Shown piece by piece: positions 51,468 to 60,108 of a stretch of 64,000 nt of DNA. The notes beneath the pieces are model-generated. The model did no database searches, was not told the origin of the DNA, and saw only the letters and a list, made by a program, of their open reading frames with translations. Source of the DNA: Chrysiogenia bacterium (GTDB taxonomy: Bacteria; Acidobacteriota; Aminicenantia; UBA2199); contig JBDRQC010000004.1 in assembly GCA_043826505.1 (NCBI GenBank), forward strand, positions 315,419 through 379,418, given 5' to 3'. The position numbers were made by a program, and so were the translations under genes. Positions within the stretch are counted from its first letter, which is position 1, and each line of letters starts with the position of its first letter.

Positions 51468-52136
51468 ATGCGCCGAACAAGCAAGGGAGGTTCGTTCAGA
51501 GGAGCGACTCGCGGTGCGGGTCTTGCTTTTGCCGGGCTCTATGTCATGCTGGCCGCCGGCTGCGTGACGGTCCGGCATGGCATGCGCGCTCAGCCGACTT
51601 TTTCCCCCGCAGAACCGCTGAAAACGTACGAGCTGCGGCAAAGGGCCTGGACGCTGGGCGATCAATTCGTCATCGAGGACGAATGCCGCCGGCCGGCGTT
51701 CTACGTCAGGGGAAGGGCTTTTTCCGTGGGGGACAAGCTCTCCTTTCAGGATGCCGACGGCAACGAGCTGGCCTATATTTCCCAGAAAGTCTTGAGCCTG
51801 CGGCGGAATTACAGGATTTACAGGCGGGACCATTTGTTCGCCAGGGTCGTGAAGAAATTGACCCCTTTCCGGCAGCATTTTGTCGTGAGCGTAGCGGGGG
51901 CCGAGGATTACCGCGTACGCGGCAACTTCTGGAATTACGAATACACCTTCACGCGCGGCGGCAGGAAAGTGGCCGTTGTCTCGAAGCGGCCCTTCGCCTG
52001 GCCCGACGCCTACAGGATCGTCATCACGGCGGACGAGGACGACATCCTGATCCTGGCCGCGGCCGTGGCCATCGACCTGATCGCGCACGACGACCCGGAC
52101 ACAGCCGGCATACCGCCCTGGATTTGCCGCCGCTGA
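51468..52136 (+). CDS. LURP-one / tubby-C (scramblase-like) protein with putative lipoprotein signal
   Basis: GDQFVIED, FSVGDKL, V.GNFWNYEY, VSKR.F.W.D.Y; lipobox LAAGC. Confidence 0.85.
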   Translation: MRRTSKGGSFRGATRGAGLAFAGLYVMLAAGCVTVRHGMRAQPTFSPAEPLKTYELRQRAWTLGDQFVIEDECRRPAFYVRGRAFSVGDKLSFQDADGNELAYISQKVLSLRRNYRIYRRDHLFARVVKKLTPFRQHFVVSVAGAEDYRVRGNFWNYEYTFTRGGRKVAVVSKRPFAWPDAYRIVITADEDDILILAAAVAIDLIAHDDPDTAGIPPWICRR

Positions 52137-52289
52137 ACGCCGCCGTCAGGGCATTTTCAAGCCATCGAGCGGCCCCTCATCGGCGGCGCGGTTAGCATCT
52201 TCGGCCGGACCTTGCCCGGAGTGATGCGCCGCGAACGCTGAAGCTGGTTAGGTCAAGGATCAAAGGAGCGCGGGGACCGCGCTTCCCCC

Positions 52290-53150
52290 TTATCTCTTGG
52301 CCATGATCTCGGCTGAGACTTTTTTCATGTCGACTTCCCTTTTGTAAAGGGGAGATTTGTCTTTTTTATAGACTTCAAGATTTTCCTCGAAGGTGGCGCG
52401 CTGAGCGCTTTGGTACAGGATGCCCAGGGGAAACGGTTCTTCTTCAAGGGATTTTTTGAAGGCGGCGGTTTGGTTGGAAGGGTCGTAATCGTCAGGCAAA
52501 TAATTGGTGTTGTCCTTGAACCAACTGAAAGTATTGACCTTGTTGAATGAAAGGCATGGCTGGAATATGTCCACCAGGGCGAACCCCTTGTGCAGGATCG
52601 CCTTCTTCATTATTTCCTTTGTCCGCTCCACGTCACCGCAAAAAATTCTGGCCACGAAAGCCACATCCAGTGAGATCGCCAGGGCTATGGGGTTCAGCGG
52701 CTTTTCAAATACGCCGAAAACCTGGACCGGGGTTTCCATGCCCGGCCTTGAAGTGGGCGCGGCCTGGCCCTTGGTTAGCCCGTAGACCATGTTGTCATGC
52801 ACAAACAGCGTGATATCGGGATTGCGCCGGCTGGCGTGCAGCAAATGGTTTCCGCCCTCGCCGTACATGTCGCCGTCGCCGCCCACGGCGATGACCGTCA
52901 GTTCGGGATTGCACGCCTTGATCGCGGTCGCAGCCGGCAGCCCGCGTCCGTGCAGTCCGTTGAAAAAGCTCGTGTTAATGTATTGCGGCATTTTCGCGGC
53001 CTGGCCTATTCCCGAAACCAGCACCACATTTTCCTTGGCAAGATCGAGCTCCGCAAGCGCGGCCAGCAATGACTGGCGAATGGAATAGTTGCCGCAGCCG
53101 GGACACCAGGCGATATCGATCTTGTCCGCAAAATCAAAAATGTTTTCCAT
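52290..53150 (-). CDS. 2-oxoacid:ferredoxin oxidoreductase beta subunit
   Basis: WCPGCGN, GLHGR, TPP motif GGDGD...[10 protein letters not shown]. Confidence 0.95.
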   Translation of the reverse strand: MENIFDFADKIDIAWCPGCGNYSIRQSLLAALAELDLAKENVVLVSGIGQAAKMPQYINTSFFNGLHGRGLPAATAIKACNPELTVIAVGGDGDMYGEGGNHLLHASRRNPDITLFVHDNMVYGLTKGQAAPTSRPGMETPVQVFGVFEKPLNPIALAISLDVAFVARIFCGDVERTKEIMKKAILHKGFALVDIFQPCLSFNKVNTFSWFKDNTNYLPDDYDPSNQTAAFKKSLEEEPFPLGILYQSAQRATFEENLEVYKKDKSPLYKREVDMKKVSAEIMAKR

Positions 53151-54852
53151 GACGTCCTCCGGCTTGAAGCAACCTTTGAATTTCTTTTTTGACTTCTTCG
53201 ACCGAAAAAGGCAGGCCGTTGTATTTCAATATGGCCTGTTCAATGGCGACCCCGGTCGCCAGTTTGAGCAGCCGTGCGAATTGCGCCGATGCATTGTTTT
53301 CCACGACGATCAGGTTGGCCGCTTTCCTTAAATACTCGCCGGCCTTTTCCGGCAAGGGAAAGAGCCATGAGAAATGCAAAACGGCGAGTTCCTTGTTTCC
53401 CAGAGCGGCGACTGCTTCGCAGACGGTATGGAATGTCGACCCCCAGCAGACTACCAGTGTCTTGAAATTGCCGCTGCCGACCAATCGGGGCGGAATGATG
53501 TCCGCTCGAATCGCCGCTGATTTTTCAAGACGCTTGTCGACCATCTTGACCCGTAGATCGGGATCCTCGGTGATACGCCCGCCTTCGTCATGCTCGTCGC
53601 TGTCCACGCAGATATTGCCGGAACCGTAGCCCGGTATGCCGCGGGGAGATATGCCGTTTTGGGTCAGGGAAAAGCGCTTGTAATCTTTCCCGGTTTTGAC
53701 GATATGTTTTTCGACTTTGAGATCCGTGACAGCGAAGGCCGGGGTATTGTAGCGGCTGTCGACAAAAAACTGATCCGTAAGAATGAAAACCGGGACCTGG
53801 TATCTGGCGGACAGGTTGAAGGCCTTCTGGGTCAAAGCAAATCCTTCGGCCAGGGTTCCCGGCGCCAGGATGATGCGGGGGAAATCGCCGTGGCCTGCAT
53901 GCAGGACCAGTTCCAGGTCGCCCTGTTCGGTCCGGGTGGGGAGCCCCGTGGCCGGCCCCGGACGCTGCGCCAGGTGGAGCACCAACGGCGATTCGATCAT
54001 GCCGCCCAAGCTTATGCCTTCGCTCATCAGGGCGAACCCGCCACCGGAAGTCGTGACCAGCGCCCGGGCGCCGGCGTACCAGGCGCCAAGCGCCATATTT
54101 ACCACGCCGATCTCGTCCTCGACCTGCTCGACAATAATTGGAAATTTTTTGGCATAGGAGGCCATTTCCACAAGGACGCCCGTCGCCGGCGACATGGGAT
54201 AAGCGCATACGTAATCGCAGCCTCCGGCCAGGGCTCCCATTGCGATCGACTCGGAACCCGAGAGCAGCAGCTCCTTCTTCACGGCGGCGTCTTTTTCAAT
54301 GGCAATGGTGATCCCGGCCAGCCCTTTGCCAGCCGCGTAGCCTTTCCTGATCGCTGCAAGATTTTTGCTCCTGATTTCCTCGCTTTTCCCGGCGAAATAG
54401 TCAAGGATGAAGTCGGCGCATTCCTGTTCATCGACTTTCAGGAGTCCGCAGATGCAGCCGGCGGCGATCGTGTTGGCAAAAACGGCGCCGCCTATTTCCT
54501 TGGCCATCCCGGTGAACTGGATGTCGATCATGCCCTGGTGACCGATCTTCTCCTTTTCTCCGATCACGATCGTATGCGCCGTGATCCTCTTTTTCAGATG
54601 GGTGATCGCTTCCTTGTGCAGCGGGATCAAAATGTCGATGCGCTCAAGAAACCCGGCCGCCCTTCCGGCAGAGACACGGATCTCGGTGGAATTGGCGCCT
54701 CCCCTTACCCGCGACATGAACTCGGATGCCGAAAAATAATTGTAGCCGCTGTTTTTCAACAACTGGGCCAGGATGCTTTCGATCGATTGTATGCCCTGTC
54801 CGGCCTCCCCGGCCAGGACGATCACCAGGTCATCGGATATGGTTTTTATCAT
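53134..54852 (-). CDS. 2-oxoacid:ferredoxin oxidoreductase alpha subunit (gamma-alpha fusion)
   Basis: [37 protein letters not shown]. Confidence 0.95.
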   Translation of the reverse strand: MIKTISDDLVIVLAGEAGQGIQSIESILAQLLKNSGYNYFSASEFMSRVRGGANSTEIRVSAGRAAGFLERIDILIPLHKEAITHLKKRITAHTIVIGEKEKIGHQGMIDIQFTGMAKEIGGAVFANTIAAGCICGLLKVDEQECADFILDYFAGKSEEIRSKNLAAIRKGYAAGKGLAGITIAIEKDAAVKKELLLSGSESIAMGALAGGCDYVCAYPMSPATGVLVEMASYAKKFPIIVEQVEDEIGVVNMALGAWYAGARALVTTSGGGFALMSEGISLGGMIESPLVLHLAQRPGPATGLPTRTEQGDLELVLHAGHGDFPRIILAPGTLAEGFALTQKAFNLSARYQVPVFILTDQFFVDSRYNTPAFAVTDLKVEKHIVKTGKDYKRFSLTQNGISPRGIPGYGSGNICVDSDEHDEGGRITEDPDLRVKMVDKRLEKSAAIRADIIPPRLVGSGNFKTLVVCWGSTFHTVCEAVAALGNKELAVLHFSWLFPLPEKAGEYLRKAANLIVVENNASAQFARLLKLATGVAIEQAILKYNGLPFSVEEVKKEIQRLLQAGGRHGKHF

Positions 54853-54936
54853 GCTGTCCTCATCATCAGGTCGGCCCGGGCGAATCGGCTGCGGCAATTT
54901 GAGCAATTGCCGGGAAACCGTCGCGGTCCGGCCAGG

Positions 54937-55131
54937 CTAGTTGCTGCCGTCCGTCCCGTCGTTGCACGGTTCGTCGGCGGCAGCGGGGCGCGCCGTCTCG
55001 GCGTCAAAGGGCTTGCCGCAGCCCTCCAGTTTGGGCGTCATGGACAAGCCGCAGCATAAGGGTATTTTTCCGTTTTGAGAAATCGGTTTTTCCTTTCGGC
55101 ATTTTTCACAGCGGTACGTTTTATCATTCAT
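54937..55131 (-). CDS. Small desulforedoxin-like metalloprotein (64 aa)
   Basis: YRCEKC-x14-CCGLSM plus a C-terminal C...AETAR....DEPC segment; upstream of the oxidoreductase genes. Confidence 0.7.
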   Translation of the reverse strand: MNDKTYRCEKCRKEKPISQNGKIPLCCGLSMTPKLEGCGKPFDAETARPAAADEPCNDGTDGSN

Positions 55132-55204
55132 GATTCCTGCCCCCTTCTTTTGCATAAACTTTACTATGCCGGACAAAAAATAACAAGCAGATTTCAAAGA
55201 AGAT

Positions 55205-55358
55205 ATGGGAGGCTGCATGGTTTTTTGCCTGAACCCTGTTTCTCAATTTCGCACATGCCTGCCAGCCAGCCCGTACGATCAATAAAGTCAGCAGAAATTT
55301 TTATTCTTTTCTCAATTTGCAATAAATACATATTTGCCGGCACCGTCCTCAAACTCCC
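55205..55358. repeat. About 150-bp repeat element A, copy 1
   Basis: Highly similar to 58224-58376 (shared AACCCTGTTTCTCAATTTCG, ACGATCAATAAAGTCAGCA, CAATAAATACATATTTGC); ends degenerate. Confidence 0.85.
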
Positions 55359-55366
55359 AGAGAGCC

Positions 55367-55395
55367 TTGCTTTAGGAGGCCGCGGCTCCTATAAT
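55367..55395 (+). promoter_or_regulatory. Sigma70 promoter of the methyltransferase gene
   Basis: TTGCTT-17 bp-TATAAT, ending 9 nt before ATG 55405. Confidence 0.65.
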
Positions 55396-55404
55396 GAGTG
55401 CGGA

Positions 55405-56103
55405 ATGGAAGATTATTACGCCGAACGGCTGGCGGCGGAAAAGCTGCGCCGCTGCTACGAGATCGCCCCGCCGCGAATACGGCAGTACCTGCGCGCCGAG
55501 CTCGACTTCGCCCTGGAATTCTTCCATGCCGGCGATTCGATCCTCGACCTGGGTTGCGGCTACGGCCGCACCCTCCCGGAGCTGGCCGCGCGCGCGGGCT
55601 CGGTCACGGCCATCGACAATGCTCCGGCCAGCATCGCCCTGGCGCGAAAGACCGTCGAGAATTTCGCCAACGTCGAGGTCAGGGAAATGGACGCCGGCGC
55701 ACTGCAGTTCGCCGACGACACTTTCTCCGTGGTCCTCTGCCTGCAGAACGGCATCTCGGCGTTCCATCGCGACCCGGCAACGCTCCTGCGCGAGGCGCTG
55801 CGCGTCTGCCGCCCAAAAGGCACGGCTCTGTTCTCCACCTACACTGAAAAATTCTGGCCGCAGCGCCTGGTATGGTTCGAGCTCCAGGCGGAAGCAGGGC
55901 TTCTCGGCGAGATCGATTGGCAGCGGACCGGCAACGGCTTCATCGCCTGCAAGGACGGCTTTACGGCCACCACCTTCACGCCCGACCAGTTCCACTCGCT
56001 CGCCTCGGGCCTTGCTGCCGATCTCACCCTGAACGAAGTGGACGGCTCGAGCCTTTTTTGCATCTTGAGGAAATCAAATCCGGCAGTCACATCCCGGGCA
56101 TAG
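55405..56103 (+). CDS. Class I SAM-dependent methyltransferase
   Basis: ILDLGCGYGR, AIDNA, MDAGAL.F, EALRVCRPKG. Confidence 0.9.
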   Translation: MEDYYAERLAAEKLRRCYEIAPPRIRQYLRAELDFALEFFHAGDSILDLGCGYGRTLPELAARAGSVTAIDNAPASIALARKTVENFANVEVREMDAGALQFADDTFSVVLCLQNGISAFHRDPATLLREALRVCRPKGTALFSTYTEKFWPQRLVWFELQAEAGLLGEIDWQRTGNGFIACKDGFTATTFTPDQFHSLASGLAADLTLNEVDGSSLFCILRKSNPAVTSRA

Positions 56104-56160
56104 GTTGCCGCTAGCCATTAACTGAAAGTAACAAAGTCAAGCATCGTCCCCAAGCTTCCC
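56010..56160 (+). repeat. Repeat B copy 1 (methyltransferase 3' end plus GTCCCC end)
   Basis: Diverged direct copy at about 57395-57556; ends in GCATCGTCCCCAAGCT. Confidence 0.8.
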
Positions 56161-56246
56161 CAGCTCCACGCTCATGGCCAGGCACCGGCGCTTTTACGGC
56201 ATTTTTGTTAATGTCATGGAAATGTGATAACATTTACTTCACTGAA

Positions 56247-57293
56247 ATGGGGCTGCTATTAATATACTTGACCGTTGCCTTGGTATTTTCGTTCTTCTGC
56301 TCCCTGCTTGAAGCTTCACTGCTAAGCACTTCACCCATCTTCATTAACACCAAGATAAAAGAGGGAAAGAAGTATGCGAAAAGACTTCAGCAATTCAAGA
56401 AAAACATCGACTTTCCGTTGGCAGCCATTCTCACACTGAATACCTTTGCCCACACCATCGGGGCTGCCGGTGTGGGATCCCAGGCCCAGATCATATGGGG
56501 AGAGGAGTTTCTTACCATCGTATCCATTATCCTGACACTGGTAATACTGATCGGATCAGAGATCATCCCCAAAACACTGGGGGCCATCTACTGGAAAAAA
56601 CTGGGGGCATTTACAGTGGTTTCATTGAAAGTGATGATCTATTCACCATTGTATCCATTCATCCTGATGACCCAGCTCATCACAAGGATGTTGAAAAAAG
56701 GGAAACCACTCAATACAATCAGCCGGTCGGATTTCAGGGCCATTGCCGATTGCGTGATCGAAGAGGGCGTCATCAACGACGAGGAGTCCCAACTCCTGAA
56801 AAACCTGATGCGGTTCAATCAGATCAAGGTAAAAAGCATCATGACACCGCGTGTGGTTGTATTTGCGGCCGAGGAAAATACGGCGATTGAGGAGTTCTAT
56901 AGTTCGAACAGAGAGATCCGCTTCTCGCGGATTCCGGTATACGAAAAGGAGCTCGGTCACACAACCGGATTTGTGTTGAAGGATGAATTCATGGAAATGA
57001 TCATTGAGGGGAAGGGAGACAAGCCCCTGAAGGAGATCAAGAGGGAGATATTCACGGTGGTTGAAACCATGCCCATCATGCGGCTTTTTTACAAGTTCAT
57101 CGAATTAAAGGCCCATATTGCAATGGTGGTGGATGAGTATGGAACGGTATCGGGAATCGTAACCATGGAAGATGTGATCGAAACACTGATTGGCCTCGAG
57201 ATCATGGATGAAATGGATGACGTCGAAGACATGCAGGTACTGGCCAGGAAAGCATGGGAACAGCGGGCTAAAAAACAGGGTTTCATTAAATGA
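56247..57293 (+). CDS. CNNM/CorB (DUF21 + CBS) Mg2+ transporter / hemolysin-family protein
   Basis: SFFCSLLEASLLS, ILTLNTFAHTIGA, SEIIPKT, IMTPR, FSRIPVY, VDEYG. Confidence 0.92.
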   Translation: MGLLLIYLTVALVFSFFCSLLEASLLSTSPIFINTKIKEGKKYAKRLQQFKKNIDFPLAAILTLNTFAHTIGAAGVGSQAQIIWGEEFLTIVSIILTLVILIGSEIIPKTLGAIYWKKLGAFTVVSLKVMIYSPLYPFILMTQLITRMLKKGKPLNTISRSDFRAIADCVIEEGVINDEESQLLKNLMRFNQIKVKSIMTPRVVVFAAEENTAIEEFYSSNREIRFSRIPVYEKELGHTTGFVLKDEFMEMIIEGKGDKPLKEIKREIFTVVETMPIMRLFYKFIELKAHIAMVVDEYGTVSGIVTMEDVIETLIGLEIMDEMDDVEDMQVLARKAWEQRAKKQGFIK

Positions 57294-57394
57294 CGGCGTT
57301 TGACGCATTGAATTCAAACAGGATTGTCACTACGGCCCTGAATCAAACGAAGGGGCAATAGGGACGGATGGCAAAAAGACAAAGCTCGCTGTCT

Positions 57395-57556
57395 GCCCTG
57401 GCCGCCGGCATGCCTGCTGCCCTCATATTGTCCGAGGCGGACGGCTCGAGCCTTTTTGTGTCTTGAGGAAATCAAATCATGCGGATACATCCCGGACACA
57501 GGCTGCCGGCCGCCATTAGTTGAAAGCAACAAAATCAAGCACCGTTACCAGTTCCC
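57395..57556 (+). pseudogene. Frameshifted remnant of a paralogous methyltransferase 3' end plus repeat end (repeat B copy 2)
   Basis: LAAGMPA-LILSEADGSSLF aligns to LASGLAADLTLNEVDGSSLF; shared TCTTGAGGAAATCAAATC. Confidence 0.72.
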
Positions 57557-57592
57557 TTTTCCCAAAATCCCCCCGATCCGCCGGTGCCGTGT

Positions 57593-58096
57593 CTAATGGA
57601 TTAATCCCAATTGCTTCATTTGGGTAAAAGTGTCGAAATAGGTCCTGTCCTCGGCGACCAACCCATCAGGCCCGATCTTGAAGAGAGTCACGGATCGCAT
57701 TTTGACACTGTTGCCGGTGGGAGCCAAATCCCCTTCCGGAGTGGCCAGGGGGCCAGTAAACGTTCCCGAAATATTGAATTCGATAATGATCGTGTCCCCG
57801 GAAAACAGGATCGAGGTCGGCTCGCCTTTCAAATCCGGCACGGCCCTGAGGGTGGTCTGGTAGTATTTTAAAAAGGCCTCGCGGCCGCGCACCGGCTCCG
57901 GCTGGTCCGGGGTGATCATGACGGCGTCCGGCGCATAGGTGTTGGCCAGGGCCACGGGATCGCCACTGTTCATCGCTTCGATAATGTTTTTCGCGATCTT
58001 CTTCATGTCCAGCTTCGGCTCTTCCGCGTAGCCCCGGGCGGCAACCGCGAGCAGACAAACGCCGGCCAGAAAAATTACCAGGATTTTGTTTTTCAT
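57593..58096 (-). CDS. Secreted SnoaL/NTF2-like (ester cyclase family) protein
   Basis: Signal peptide; YAPDAV, VRGREA, GTFTGPL...APTG..V, EDRTYFD. Confidence 0.85.
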   Translation of the reverse strand: MKNKILVIFLAGVCLLAVAARGYAEEPKLDMKKIAKNIIEAMNSGDPVALANTYAPDAVMITPDQPEPVRGREAFLKYYQTTLRAVPDLKGEPTSILFSGDTIIIEFNISGTFTGPLATPEGDLAPTGNSVKMRSVTLFKIGPDGLVAEDRTYFDTFTQMKQLGLIH

Positions 58097-58189
58097 GATA
58101 CCCTCCCTTTCTATTGCCTGAAGCAATAATTTTTTTACTATAATTTAGGTCATTTTTAATGTCAAGCGCTTCAAGGAAGCATAGCTCCG

Positions 58190-58440
58190 GGGGTCAGATC
58201 CCGACAATAGACATTAAGCGATCAGCTTGGGGACGATGCAAGCATTTTTGCATAAACCCTGTTTCTCAATTTCGGACATGCATGCCAGCTGCCCGCACGA
58301 TCAATAAAGTCAGCATAAAATCTTATTCTTTTCTTAATTTACAATAAATACATATTTGCAAGCACTGTCCCAAGCTCCGTCAACTTCTTCAATGTCTAAT
58401 ATTGAGACCTGACCCCGATGCGATCTGACCCCGATGCGAT
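58190..58440. mobile_element. Nested MITE/REP-like element: GGGGTCAG-type TIRs enclosing element A copy 2
   Basis: Outer TIRs 58190-58215 / 58391-58416 (21/26); inner TIRs AGCTTGGGGACGATGC (58224-58239) / GCACTGTCCCAAGCT (58362-58376); tandem CTGACCCCGATGCGAT x2 at 58409-58440. Confidence 0.72.
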
Positions 58441-58529
58441 CCCAAAACGCGCCCCTGGATTATATAGTTTTATTTGTTGTGCCATGATCAAGTGAATCAG
58501 TGAAGAATGGGGACGCCGGGTCCGGCGGC

Positions 58530-59423
58530 TCAGGCTCGATGCATGGAGAGGTGCTCTTCCAGCTGGGTGAAATTCGCTATGGCGGGGACGGCGCTGGCGA
58601 TATATGGATTATCCGTCACCCAGCGCACGGCTCCGGCCAGGGAGGGTGCATCTCCCTTCCGCAGGGCATATGGCCCTGCCGAGCAGGTCTTCATGGCCAC
58701 GATGCCGATGCCTGCCGCATGGGCCCGTCCCATGAGCTTCAGCAGGCGCTCCTGGTCCCAATCCGCCAGCCAGCCGCCGATCGAATGGCGAAACCTGCCG
58801 AAAGGATTGAAAGGCAGCAGCACCACGTCGTAGTGTGCCGATTGCACGGCTTTTTCCAGAAGAGCCACATGGTTGCGGTGGCTGGAAAAACCCATGGCGC
58901 GAATCTTGCCAGCCAACTTGGCTTTGAAGAAAAAATCAAGCACGGTTTCATGGGCGAGTGCCGGCTCCGCCTCGATTCCATGCAGGAGCATGACATCCAC
59001 GTAATCGGTCCGCAGAGCTTTCAGGCATTTATTCAGCTCGCTTTCCAGGTGGGTTCTGACCTTTTCAGCCGAAACCGTTCCCGGGAAGCCCTCCGGCAGC
59101 TTGATCTTCGATTGGATGACCACTTTCTGGCGTTTCCCCTGCAGTGTCTGGCCGAGCATCTCCTCATTCCTGCCGTTCATGTACGAGCGTCCCGTATCCA
59201 GGAAATTGATGCCCTGTTCAACGGCTGCATGGATCAGGGCCGGTTCCATGGTCCGGGTAGCTCCCATGCCCAGCGCAGTGATCCTCAGGCCCGGCTTCTT
59301 TCCCAGATCCTTCATCGCCAGCGAACCCGCTTTCACGGCCGTTCCGGCTGAACGGGGGAAGCAGAAGCCAGCTCCCGCAATCCCCGCCAGGGATCGAAGA
59401 AAATTCTTCCGCGTGATCTTCAT
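58530..59423 (-). CDS. Aldo/keto reductase with Tat-like signal
   Basis: ITRKNFL leader; LGMG, FLDTGRSY, SKI, LRTDYVD..LLH, GIVAMK. Confidence 0.88.
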   Translation of the reverse strand: MKITRKNFLRSLAGIAGAGFCFPRSAGTAVKAGSLAMKDLGKKPGLRITALGMGATRTMEPALIHAAVEQGINFLDTGRSYMNGRNEEMLGQTLQGKRQKVVIQSKIKLPEGFPGTVSAEKVRTHLESELNKCLKALRTDYVDVMLLHGIEAEPALAHETVLDFFFKAKLAGKIRAMGFSSHRNHVALLEKAVQSAHYDVVLLPFNPFGRFRHSIGGWLADWDQERLLKLMGRAHAAGIGIVAMKTCSAGPYALRKGDAPSLAGAVRWVTDNPYIASAVPAIANFTQLEEHLSMHRA

Positions 59424-59657
59424 CGGACCTCCACTCTGACAAGCGCGGCCGCGGCCGTGACTGAAGTCTTGTTTTGCCTTTACCGCACCGCAGAAAAATG
59501 TAGCACATCACCTTCATTGGCGCAAGAAGATGTACGCGTCCATAACATATTGGACTTCTGCCAAGAATAGCTGACTTGCATGAAGATCGGAAATCGCTGT
59601 GCTGCCAGGCAGAGATCCTGGTTTTCCTTAAAGGAGAGAATGAATAAAAATTTTATT

Positions 59658-59700
59658 AACTAAGAATTTAGTTGACAAACTAAGTTTTTAGTTACATAAT
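59658..59700 (+). promoter_or_regulatory. blaI promoter with two palindromic operators
   Basis: AACTAA-N4-TTAGTT at 59658-59673 and 59678-59693, overlapping TTGACA-17-CATAAT. Confidence 0.85.
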
Positions 59701-59706
59701 TGTAGC

Positions 59707-60108
59707 ATGAAAGAATTAACCCGTGCCGAAGAACAGATCATGCATGTGTTGTGGGAGATCGAAAAGGGCGTGGTCAAGGACGTCCTCGACCGCCTGCCCG
59801 AGCCCAAGCCGGCCTACAACACGGTTTCGACCATCGTGCGCATCCTGGAAAAGAAGGGCTTCGTCGATCACGAGGCCTTCGGGAAAACCCACCAGTACTT
59901 CCCGCGCATCACCCTGAACGAGTACCGCCGCGGCTTCCTCAAGTCTTTCGTGAACCGATTTTTCGGAAATTCGTACCAGGAGATGGTCTCCTTCTTCGCC
60001 AGCGACCGCAAGATCACCATCCAGGAGCTCGAGGAGATGAAGTTCTCCCTGGCCGAAGAGATCGAACGCCATAAAAAGGTGGGACAAGATGGGAATGCAA
60101 TTGATTGA
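59707..60108 (+). CDS. BlaI/MecI/CopY-family repressor
   Basis: LTRAEEQIM.VLW, PKPAYNTVSTIVRILEKKGFV.H...GKTHQY. Confidence 0.95.
   Translation: MKELTRAEEQIMHVLWEIEKGVVKDVLDRLPEPKPAYNTVSTIVRILEKKGFVDHEAFGKTHQYFPRITLNEYRRGFLKSFVNRFFGNSYQEMVSFFASDRKITIQELEEMKFSLAEEIERHKKVGQDGNAID

Noticed and set aside
52131-52256. attC-like hairpin (AACGCCGCCG...CGGCGGCGCGGTTAG) after the LURP-one gene
   Set aside because: Single imperfect instance, R and L box geometry not convincing, no integron integrase; may just be a hairpin between convergent genes
53590-55059. 489-aa ORF on the + strand
   Set aside because: Antisense shadow of the oxidoreductase alpha subunit
55075-55404. 110-codon N-terminal extension of the methyltransferase ORF
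   Set aside because: Runs through repeat A and a promoter; the real start is more likely ATG 55405
58409-58440. Tandem repeat as a CRISPR array
   Set aside because: Two adjacent 16-bp units with no spacers and no cas genes
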